64,000 nt of DNA from Candidatus Hydrogenedentota bacterium (GTDB taxonomy: Bacteria > Hydrogenedentota > Hydrogenedentia > Hydrogenedentales > CAITNO01): positions 28,911 through 92,910 of the forward strand of contig JAAYBR010000002.1 of the NCBI GenBank assembly GCA_012730045.1, in the 5' to 3' direction. The position numbers and the translations under genes are program-made. Shown here piece after piece: positions 56,794 to 64,000 of this stretch. How positions within the stretch are numbered: the first letter of the stretch is position 1; each line of letters starts with the position of its first letter. The notes below the pieces were generated by a model that worked only from the letters and a program-made list of their open reading frames with translations, made no database searches and had not been told where the DNA came from.

Positions 56794-58638
56794 CTACGAT
56801 GAGGGCACTTCCTCCAACCCCTCAAGGGCGTCCCGCAGGGCGTCCACCGCGTCCTGACTCACCCGAAACACCCCCGCCTTGCCCTCCAGGGTCGCAAACC
56901 GCTCCCGGGAATTTTCCGGCGAGACGCCGCCGATGCGCAGGGGACCGATGCGCTCGCCCGCCGCGGGCGGCGCCACGGGGGCCATGCGGACATAGAGGGT
57001 GAAGACGGGCTTGTCCAGCCCGTAGACGGACAGGTCGCGCGGCGCCTCCGGGGCCGCGAGCCCCGTGATGCGCAGGGGGCTGACCGCCGCGAGCAGGGCC
57101 TCGGCGTCCGACTGGTTCTTCAGTCGGAGGGTCTCGGGCCGCGTCACGACCCACTGGCCGTGGCGCCTCTCCAGAACCGCGCCCAGGTTCTCGAACTGGA
57201 ACTCCAGCACCTCCGCATCCGGCCGGTTGAAGCGCAGCAGCTCCATGGAGCGGAATTTGTCCGCTGTCAGCAGCAGCGCGTCCACGGCCACGCCGCGCAG
57301 CGCGACCACGCCGCCGCTGTCCTGGGTGGCGTACCACAGAGACGCGTTGTCCGGGCTGGGCCAGAGGGAGAGCGACGCGGTTGCGCCGTCGTCGTGGGAC
57401 AGGGTGATGGAGACCTGCGGGGCGACGCCGCCGGGCAGGGTCTCTGGGGCAACGTCGAGCGGCTCGCCCCGGCTCTCCTTGAGCACGGCGAGGAACCCGG
57501 ACACGGCGAACTGGTTGACCTCCGGCAGGGCCGGCGCCGTGAGGCTCCAGGCCCCGTCCGCGCCGCGTTCGAGCACAAGCGTCTCCTCCCCCCGCCGGTA
57601 CTCGACCTTTTTGAGCTCGCTCAGGCGGCGGGTGATCAGGCGCGTCTCGCGCCAGGCATCGGGCTTGCGCGGCAGGAGCATCATGATCTGTGCGTCCATC
57701 TGGAAGACGGCGCGCTGGCCCGCCACCTGGGCCCACACGCCCCCCTTCTCGCCGTCCACGGCGCCGAGAAGAATGTTCTGCGCGCGGCCGCTTTTGCCGT
57801 CCACCACCGTGATCCGCGCGGCCGCCGGGCTGAGGCCGTAGTCCGACAGGTTCTCCGGCGCGTCCACAAACTCGCGCCCGACGGCGAACTGCACCTCTTT
57901 GACCACCTCGTCAACCTTCTCCTGGTCGGCCATGGCGTCCAGCGGCGCTTCGAGGCGCCAGGGCTCGCCGGCGGCGGCGCGCCGCACGACGACCTCGGTG
58001 GACTCCTCGCCGACGGCGGGCTGGTCCTCCGGGGGGGCCGCGTCGGTGCCGGTCCAGATCCAGGCGAACCGGAATTCCAGAATGTCCGCCTCGCGGTCCT
58101 CGACCAGGAAGCGGTGGCGCAGCTCCTCCAGGGATCGGTTGACCTCGAAGAACTCGCGCGTGTCCGCGAGGAGGAGCGGCCCGCCGTTAAGGCGCGCGTA
58201 CCGGTGGCGCTGGGTGGGTTCCACATCGCCGAAGACCACGGTGGCGGGCGCCGCGTCCCCGGCCTCCACCGTGACCGTGAGGGCGGGCACGTCAAGGCCG
58301 TACTCCGCGGGGTCCGCCGGCGTCTCCGCCACGGTGCGCTGGCTGCGCAGGGTGGAGAGGTTGTCCGCCACGCGGTCCCACAGCATCTGCAGCGGGGGGA
58401 TGGTGTCGTTGGGCGCGGTGATGCGCCACGCGCCGTCCGCGCCGCGCTCGCCGGTCACGGCGGGCTGGCCGACCTGGGCCAGGGTCAGGCGGCGCACATC
58501 CTTCCCCTGAAAGTCGAAGAGCCGCGCGGCCTCGGCCGCCCGCTCCGCCGTGCGGCGGCCGCGTTGGCGCATGCCCCAGTAGACGCCGCTGAGCAGGGCC
58601 AGCGCGAGCAGGAGCAGGAGCGTGGAGCGGAACTTCAT
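56794..58638 (-). CDS. DUF4340-domain protein (GldG-associated periplasmic protein)
   Basis: Signal/TM MKFRSTLLLLLALALLSGVYWG. Repeated DUF4340-like modules (…W.L..P…D…V……L..L……). Start overlaps the gldG-like stop (ATGA). Confidence 0.65.
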   Translation of the reverse strand: MKFRSTLLLLLALALLSGVYWGMRQRGRRTAERAAEAARLFDFQGKDVRRLTLAQVGQPAVTGERGADGAWRITAPNDTIPPLQMLWDRVADNLSTLRSQRTVAETPADPAEYGLDVPALTVTVEAGDAAPATVVFGDVEPTQRHRYARLNGGPLLLADTREFFEVNRSLEELRHRFLVEDREADILEFRFAWIWTGTDAAPPEDQPAVGEESTEVVVRRAAAGEPWRLEAPLDAMADQEKVDEVVKEVQFAVGREFVDAPENLSDYGLSPAAARITVVDGKSGRAQNILLGAVDGEKGGVWAQVAGQRAVFQMDAQIMMLLPRKPDAWRETRLITRRLSELKKVEYRRGEETLVLERGADGAWSLTAPALPEVNQFAVSGFLAVLKESRGEPLDVAPETLPGGVAPQVSITLSHDDGATASLSLWPSPDNASLWYATQDSGGVVALRGVAVDALLLTADKFRSMELLRFNRPDAEVLEFQFENLGAVLERRHGQWVVTRPETLRLKNQSDAEALLAAVSPLRITGLAAPEAPRDLSVYGLDKPVFTLYVRMAPVAPPAAGERIGPLRIGGVSPENSRERFATLEGKAGVFRVSQDAVDALRDALEGLEEVPSS

Positions 58639-60305
58639 TGGTGCCTCCCGCGCAGGGCGCGCGCCAGCAGGCCCGCCGCGGCCACGGCCTGCACGAGGCA
58701 CATGACGGCGACCCAGGCCGCGGCCCGGCGCTGCGTGTCCGTGAGGATCAGGGGGGCGGCCTCGGCCCCCGTCGGGCGGATGGCGATCAGCTCCTCGCTC
58801 TCGTTCATCCACGCAAAGGTGTTCATGAGGAAGTTCAGGTGGCCGGGCACGGTGACCTGCCCGTTCGTGGCGAAGTCCGCGTCGCCCACCACGACCACGC
58901 GGGCGTCCCCCCTGCCCTTCGGGCTCTTCTCCTGGTCCACCCGCACCTGGACGGCCGCGGCCACGGGGATCGGACCCTTCGCGTCCGCCTCGTCCCGCTT
59001 GGCCTGGCCCGTCTCCAGCAGTTTCGCCGTGTCGGTCTCGGCCCAGAAATCCGGCGTGGTCCGCAGCAGCTCCACGCCCGACACGCCCGCGGGGGGCTTT
59101 TCCGCCAGCCGCACGCTGCGCAGCGCCTGCAGGAGCATGGTCTGGTCGAAGCCCCGGGTGACGGGATGGTCCTTGTGGTAGCAGCCCTGGTATTCCATGA
59201 ACCCGGCGTCCACGCCCTCGAACGGCTTCCCGTCATAGGAGAGCTCGGCCTGCCACTTGTTCGAGGAGGCGTCGGTGATGACCAGGTCGCCGCCGACGGT
59301 GATCCCGAAGCGGCGCGCCAGCCAGGGCCGCAGCTGCTCCCCGGACACCGCGCCCTGCGGGGCGGCGCGCCACGGGTCCATCAGCACCAGCAGGCGGCCG
59401 CCGGCGTCCACAAAGGCGTCCAACGCCTCGATCTCCAGGGGGTGCAGGTCCGTCTGCGGATTGGCAATCACCAGCACGTCCACGTCCTTGGGAATCTCCG
59501 GCTGGGCGAGCTTGATGTTCAGGCGGTCCAGGGCGAAGGACTCCCCCGTAAGAAGCTGCACCAGCCCCGACAGGCCGCGCTCGTCCTGCCCCGCCGGGTC
59601 GCGCTCCTCGTGCCCCCCAAGGAAGGAGACCTTCGGCTCCGTGTCGCGCAGGACGTTGATGAGGGCGTTGGTGAATTCGCGCTCCTCGAGGCGCGGGCTG
59701 CCGCCCGAGAGGGTGATCACCCGCTGGCGGTCGCCCGCGCGCACGACCACGGTGCCCTGCGTGGACGCGTGGGTGATCTTCAGCTCCTCCACCCGCCCGC
59801 GCTCCACCGTCGGGTCGAGCACCTCCACCTGGATCTGGTCGGTGAGTTTCCGGCACTGTTCCAGAAAGCGCAGCGTCTTGTCGCGCGCGATGACCACCAG
59901 CTCGTCGTCCACGTCGAGGAAGAAACAGATGACCTCGACGGGCTGCGTGATGTTGCGCAGCACCTGCGCGGTGAGCGGCGACAGGTCGCGCCGCCCCTCC
60001 TTCGTCAGGTCCCATTTCGCGTCCCAGGACTGCACAAAGAGGTAGGCCACCACGCAGATGCCCAGAAAGGCAGCCGTGGACACGGCGGCGTTGAGGCCGC
60101 CGAGCGAGCGCTCCTCCGCCGCCCCGCGCACAAAGTAGGAGAACAGGGTGAGCCCGGCCCACGCCAGCCCGAGCGCCGCGGACAGCCCCAGCGGGGCTGT
60201 CACGGGGAGGGAGAACGGGTCGGACACCCAGAAGACCGCGTTGAGCGCCGCCACCGCGCACAGGATGGAGAACACGCCCGCCAGCTGCCGCGCCCGCCGC
60301 ATCAT
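58635..60305 (-). CDS. GldG-like ABC-transporter auxiliary protein (ABC_transp_aux family), N- and C-terminal TM anchors
   Basis: Start MMRRARQLAGVFSILCAVAAL…; large periplasmic region; C-terminal TM …AAWVAVMCLVQAVAAAGLLA. Overlaps the permease stop (ATGA). Confidence 0.7.
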   Translation of the reverse strand: MMRRARQLAGVFSILCAVAALNAVFWVSDPFSLPVTAPLGLSAALGLAWAGLTLFSYFVRGAAEERSLGGLNAAVSTAAFLGICVVAYLFVQSWDAKWDLTKEGRRDLSPLTAQVLRNITQPVEVICFFLDVDDELVVIARDKTLRFLEQCRKLTDQIQVEVLDPTVERGRVEELKITHASTQGTVVVRAGDRQRVITLSGGSPRLEEREFTNALINVLRDTEPKVSFLGGHEERDPAGQDERGLSGLVQLLTGESFALDRLNIKLAQPEIPKDVDVLVIANPQTDLHPLEIEALDAFVDAGGRLLVLMDPWRAAPQGAVSGEQLRPWLARRFGITVGGDLVITDASSNKWQAELSYDGKPFEGVDAGFMEYQGCYHKDHPVTRGFDQTMLLQALRSVRLAEKPPAGVSGVELLRTTPDFWAETDTAKLLETGQAKRDEADAKGPIPVAAAVQVRVDQEKSPKGRGDARVVVVGDADFATNGQVTVPGHLNFLMNTFAWMNESEELIAIRPTGAEAAPLILTDTQRRAAAWVAVMCLVQAVAAAGLLARALRGRHQ

Positions 60306-61135
60306 TTGCCCCTCCAGTGGCGGCTTTCCAGCGCGCGGAAAGTCAGGAAAAGGAAGAACGCCGAAACCAGCAGATAGTACGCGATGTCCGGGGGCGACAC
60401 GACGCCCAGGGCCATGTCCCGCGCGTGGTTGTCCAGCGCAAGCTCCATCACCAGCCCGCGGAACAGGGCGTAGCCGCCGCCGAAAGCCGTGCGCACCGTC
60501 TCGGGCCACGCCGCGGGCGCCGGGTTGGCCGCGGGCAGCTTCTCGCCCACGTTGCCCAGGATGTACAGCAGGAGGAACCCGCCGAAGGTGACAATGCCCG
60601 CCGTGATCTGGCTGCGCGCCAGGGCGGACACGAACAGGCCGATGGCGAGGAAGGCCATGCCCATGAGCCACACGGTGCACACGCCGAAGATGATCACCGC
60701 GGGCTCCAGCGCGACAAACCGGGACACGACCAGCAGGTGCACCGAGACAATGAGCATGAGCACGAGCAGGATGCCCAGCGACGCGAGGTATTTTCCGAAG
60801 ATGATCTCCCGGTCGCGCAGGGGCCAGGTCAGCAGCAGCTCCATGGTGCCCCGGTGCCGCTCCTCGGCCAGCAGCCGCATGGTGATCAGCGGCGACAGGA
60901 ACATGATCCAGATTCCCGTGAACACCAGATAGGGGCTCAGGAAGGTCTCCGCGAAGTCCGGCACGGTGGAGTAGCCGTAGGAGGTCGGGTCCACGGACAT
61001 CTTGGCGTAGGTGAACAGGGACAGCGCGAAGGCCAGCCCGGAAATGAGGGCGAACACCCCCGTCACGATGTACCCGACGGGCGTCAGGAAAAAGGCGGAA
61101 AACTCGCGGCGGCAGACGGCCCAGGTGTTTCTCAT
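60302..61135 (-). CDS. ABC-2 family permease (GldF-like)
   Basis: Six-TM ABC-2 pattern, …RELLAEERHRGTMELLLT… motif. Confidence 0.8.
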   Translation of the reverse strand: MRNTWAVCRREFSAFFLTPVGYIVTGVFALISGLAFALSLFTYAKMSVDPTSYGYSTVPDFAETFLSPYLVFTGIWIMFLSPLITMRLLAEERHRGTMELLLTWPLRDREIIFGKYLASLGILLVLMLIVSVHLLVVSRFVALEPAVIIFGVCTVWLMGMAFLAIGLFVSALARSQITAGIVTFGGFLLLYILGNVGEKLPAANPAPAAWPETVRTAFGGGYALFRGLVMELALDNHARDMALGVVSPPDIAYYLLVSAFFLFLTFRALESRHWRGK

Positions 61136-61890
61136 GCCGCGCCCCCCCCGGACGCGCCGCGCTCCTCCGACGCGATCACCCGCATGAAGACCTCCTCCAG
61201 GGGCCGCTTCCCCTCACCGGTCAGGTTGGCCAGGCTGTCCTGCACCACCACGCGCCCCCGGTGGATGATGATCACCCGGGAGCAGGTCATGGTCACCTCG
61301 GGGAGGATGTGCGTGCTGAGGAGGATCGTGTGCTCGCGCCCCAGTTCCTTGATCATGTTGCGTATCTCGACGATCTGGCCCGGGTCCAGCCCCACCGTCG
61401 GCTCGTCGAAAACGAGCACCGGCGGGCTCCCCACCAGCGCCTGCGCCAGCCCCACGCGCTGACGGTAGCCCTTCGACAGGTTCCCCGTCAGCCGCTTCGC
61501 CATGTGCGTCAGGCCGCAGCGCTCCATCACCCGGTCCGCCTCCGCCCGCCGCGCCGAACGCGGCACCCCCTTCACCACCGCCACATGGCGCAGGAACGAC
61601 TCCACCACCATCTCCTCGTACAGCGGCACGCTCTCCGGCAGGTAGCCCACCCGCCGCTTCACCTCCAGCGGCTGGTCGTGCACCTCGAACCCCGCCACCC
61701 GCGCGCGCCCCCGCGTCGCCGGGGTGAACCCCGTCAGGATGCGCATGGAGGTGCTTTTCCCCGCGCCGTTGGGCCCGAGAAACCCCACGATCTCCCCCTT
61801 GCCCACCTGGAAGGAGACGTCCTCCACGGCGGGAATCGCGCCGTAATACTTGGTCAGGCCCTCAGCCTCAATCATGATTTCCTGGCTCAT
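61132..61890 (-). CDS. ABC transporter ATP-binding protein (GldA-like)
   Basis: Walker A GPNGAGKST, signature LSKGYRQR, Walker B LVFDEP. Starts at MSQEIMIEAEGL. Confidence 0.85.
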   Translation of the reverse strand: MSQEIMIEAEGLTKYYGAIPAVEDVSFQVGKGEIVGFLGPNGAGKSTSMRILTGFTPATRGRARVAGFEVHDQPLEVKRRVGYLPESVPLYEEMVVESFLRHVAVVKGVPRSARRAEADRVMERCGLTHMAKRLTGNLSKGYRQRVGLAQALVGSPPVLVFDEPTVGLDPGQIVEIRNMIKELGREHTILLSTHILPEVTMTCSRVIIIHRGRVVVQDSLANLTGEGKRPLEEVFMRVIASEERGASGGGAA

Positions 61891-62103
61891 GCGGCCATTA
61901 TCCCTCTCAGGCGGTTTATGCCGGAGCCACCCCAAATACCGGCGGCGGCATACGACATATTGAACGCGTCTTGACCGGAACACATCATATTGTGCGCCGA
62001 ACCGCACCCCAAACGCAACCTGTGGGGCGGGTCCGTTACCAAGAAAATGCGCCCGGCCGGAGTCCTTCCGACAAGAGATTGCCGCGCCGGCCGGGGCGAC
62101 CGG

Positions 62104-62244
62104 CTCGCAACGACGCGGAGATTTCCGTCATGGCGAGCAAAGCGACGCCATCTCGTTCTCGCGCAGGCCAGGGCAGCCGTCTCGCAACAACGCGGAGATT
62201 TCCGTCATGGCGAGCGAAGCGACGCCATCTCGCTCCCGCGCCGG
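62104..62244. repeat. two tandem about 76-bp units of palindromic repeat family 2 (…ctcgcaacgacgcggagatttccgtcatggcgagcgaagcgacgccatctcg…)
   Basis: Direct tandem duplication read from the sequence; related copy at 20549..20608. Confidence 0.5.
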
Positions 62245-62299
62245 CCTAAAAAAGGAAACCGCCCGGACGTGAACACGCCGGGCGGCAGAATGATGATAA

Positions 62300-63085
62300 T
62301 CAGTCCCGGTCCTCCGGGGCCAGGCCGGAAACCTCCTCCAACCCCGCCGGATCGGAGGAATCCAACACCTCCATCTCGGGTCCCTTCTTCTCCTCGGCCG
62401 CCGGGGCGGGCCGCTCCACCACCACGGTGTCGTCCAGCGTGAGGGCGGACAGCGGGGGGCGCGCCAGCGCCACGGCCATGCGGTTGGTCAGGGAGCCCTT
62501 GTCGGACTCCACCTCGTCGCGGATCTTCTGGGCCGTGCTGTTGGCGTCCACATGCACGCCCACCACGTTCAGCTTCACCTCGACCATGTCCTCCAGGCCG
62601 AAGGCCGTGCTCACGGTGTGGGCGATGCAGTCGGACACCACGGCCGACGTGCGGCGCAGGCCGGCGTCGGCGCAGTTCTGGAGCACCACCGCGGCGTGCA
62701 CATTAATCTTGCGGGCCGTCCGGTCCGGCGCGACGCGCACCTTGATGCGGCGGACCTCCGGCAGCGCGCCGATGACCTTGGCCAGGGTCTGCTGGATGGG
62801 GCGCAGCTCGATGGAGACATTGCCCCGCTCGGTGCGGAAAGTGATCGCCGCGCCCGCTCGGCGCTCCGGCAGCAGCCCTATCAGACCCAGCAGCACCAGC
62901 ACCCCGCCGATGGCCCCCACCCACGCGGCCACGGGCACCCCGGCCACCGCGCCCGTGTCCGTGATCCGGTTCAGCAGTTCCACCGACCGCATGACCCAGT
63001 CGCCCGGGTCGGCGGCCACCACAATGACGCCCGCCCCGGCCACGACCACCACAAAGCTCAGCAGTTTGAACAGCAGGGTCTTCAT
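62300..63085 (-). CDS. Asp23/Gls24-family (alkaline shock protein 23-like) envelope-associated protein with N-terminal membrane anchor
   Basis: Asp23 domain pattern (…VHVDANSTAQKIRDEV…), N-terminal TM segments, acidic C-terminus. Confidence 0.65.
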   Translation of the reverse strand: MKTLLFKLLSFVVVVAGAGVIVVAADPGDWVMRSVELLNRITDTGAVAGVPVAAWVGAIGGVLVLLGLIGLLPERRAGAAITFRTERGNVSIELRPIQQTLAKVIGALPEVRRIKVRVAPDRTARKINVHAAVVLQNCADAGLRRTSAVVSDCIAHTVSTAFGLEDMVEVKLNVVGVHVDANSTAQKIRDEVESDKGSLTNRMAVALARPPLSALTLDDTVVVERPAPAAEEKKGPEMEVLDSSDPAGLEEVSGLAPEDRD

Positions 63086-63216
63086 CTCGCGTCCTCCGGC
63101 AGGTTGAACTTCCCACGGCGCGCCCGGGCGGCCACTCCGCCCATTGTAGCAGGGACGCGGCGGTTTTGAAAAGCGCGGTTTTCACCCCGGCGGACAAGAC
63201 GGTCCTGCCGCGAAAA

Positions 63217-63318
63217 AAGAGGGCGCGGCAAGCAGCGCCCCTACGGGAGGATGACCCGGCGTTTATCGCGCATGCCCAGAGTGCTGGCATGTAGGGGCGC
63301 TGCTTGCCGCGCCCTCTT
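63217..63318. repeat. REP/MITE-like palindromic element, family 1 (clean copy with perfect 27-bp terminal inverted repeats)
   Basis: AAGAGGGCGCGGCAAGCAGCGCCCCTAC … GTAGGGGCGCTGCTTGCCGCGCCCTCTT. The centre is the reverse complement of the centre of the 22114 copy. Confidence 0.6.
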
Positions 63319-63349
63319 GATTCATAAATTGACCGTCTCCCGGCGGGCC

Positions 63350-63838
63350 TCAGCGTTTGGCGGTCATGCGTGCCAGGAGCCTTTCCATGCGGGCGCGGTT
63401 GTGGCGCTGGGTGATGATGGGGGGGGCGTTGGCGAGGGCGGCGTAGAGGAACATGCCGACGCCGAGGTGCCAGGGGTTCCAGAGGAAGAAGAGTCCGGCG
63501 CACCAGAAGGCCGCCCAGTGGACCCATTCGCCGCGGCAGGTCTCGCGGACAAACCGGGCGAGGTATTCGGGGTCGCGGGAGAGGAGGCTCTTCTTGGGAA
63601 ACCCCCTTTTAAAAAGTGCGGCGCCATCGGGCAGGCGGTCCTTCCACGCGGAGACGCGGAAGAGCCGCTCGTAGACGCGGCCGCCGTCCTCCCAGGGCCG
63701 GATGCGGCAGACGAAGCCGTCCGGGCGGAAGAGGCGGTCGGGGAGCTGGGTGCCGGCCCAGGCGACGGCCATGTGGATGACGAACCACGCCGCGAAGTCG
63801 GTGACCACGAGCATCAGGGGGGAAAGTTCAACGAGCAT
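63350..63838 (-). CDS. small membrane acyltransferase of the glycosyl-4,4'-diaponeurosporenoate acyltransferase (CrtO-like) family
   Basis: Conserved pattern W.GT.LPD…W…LPDG…HW…AN.P.II.QR.NR.R shared with staphylococcal CrtO. Confidence 0.6.
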   Translation of the reverse strand: MLVELSPLMLVVTDFAAWFVIHMAVAWAGTQLPDRLFRPDGFVCRIRPWEDGGRVYERLFRVSAWKDRLPDGAALFKRGFPKKSLLSRDPEYLARFVRETCRGEWVHWAAFWCAGLFFLWNPWHLGVGMFLYAALANAPPIITQRHNRARMERLLARMTAKR

Positions 63839-64000
63839 GGCCGTCCCCCCCCGCCGCGCCGCCGACGGTGCGGCCCTTCCACACCACGCCGCCGCCCTTC
63901 GCGGCGCGCACGGACCGGGTGAACACGGCCAGGTAGAAGACCAGCGGCACGGGATAGAGCAGCGCCGCCCACGGGGAAAAGGCGCCGATGCGCCGCAGCA
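63828..64000 (-). CDS. 3' end of a gene that continues beyond the window (possibly a membrane glycosyltransferase of the same carotenoid-modification cluster)
   Basis: Open frame to the window edge, hydrophobic C-terminus. Its stop overlaps the CrtO-like start. Confidence 0.3.
   Translation of the reverse strand, partial: LRRIGAFSPWAALLYPVPLVFYLAVFTRSVRAAKGGGVVWKGRTVGGAAGGDGHAR

Overview
This is a 64-kb window from a high-GC bacterium (about 68-70% GC). The taxon cannot be fixed from sequence alone; Tat-signal enzymes, giant cell-surface proteins and a gld-like ABC operon are compatible with a PVC-superphylum or myxobacterial-type lineage. Gene density is high and reading frames were called by eye on recognisable protein families. 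The six-frame track contains many long spurious antisense ORFs that are typical of high-GC DNA. Core content, in order: a znuABC-type metal ABC transporter, a SAM methyltransferase, a type-I-beta DAHP synthase, scpB, rluB, aspS, rplJ-rplL, rsgA, a PfkB-family kinase, xseA-xseB-ispA, a UroD-family protein and a gldA/F/G-like ABC operon with a DUF4340 gene. Accessory or unusual content: (i) three large secreted proteins (1607 aa with Ig-like and glycine-rich regions; 3735 aa with a large internal tandem duplication, PKD and IPT domains; 358 aa cohesin-like) that all end in the same kind of C-terminal hydrophobic helix plus poly-Arg anchor; (ii) a tandem array of a 94-bp repeat (about six copies) with hairpin-forming units; (iii) a roughly 4-kb low-GC (about 50-55%) four-gene lipoprotein operon that includes an LpoB-like and a YcfL-like lipoprotein; (iv) two families of short palindromic REP/MITE-like dispersed repeats; (v) an apparently frameshifted GT39-family glycosyltransferase with C-terminal TPR repeats; (vi) a 9-bp-periodic hexamer array upstream of a Tat-secreted phosphodiesterase. 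No rRNA, tRNA, CRISPR array, integrase or transposase was recognised.
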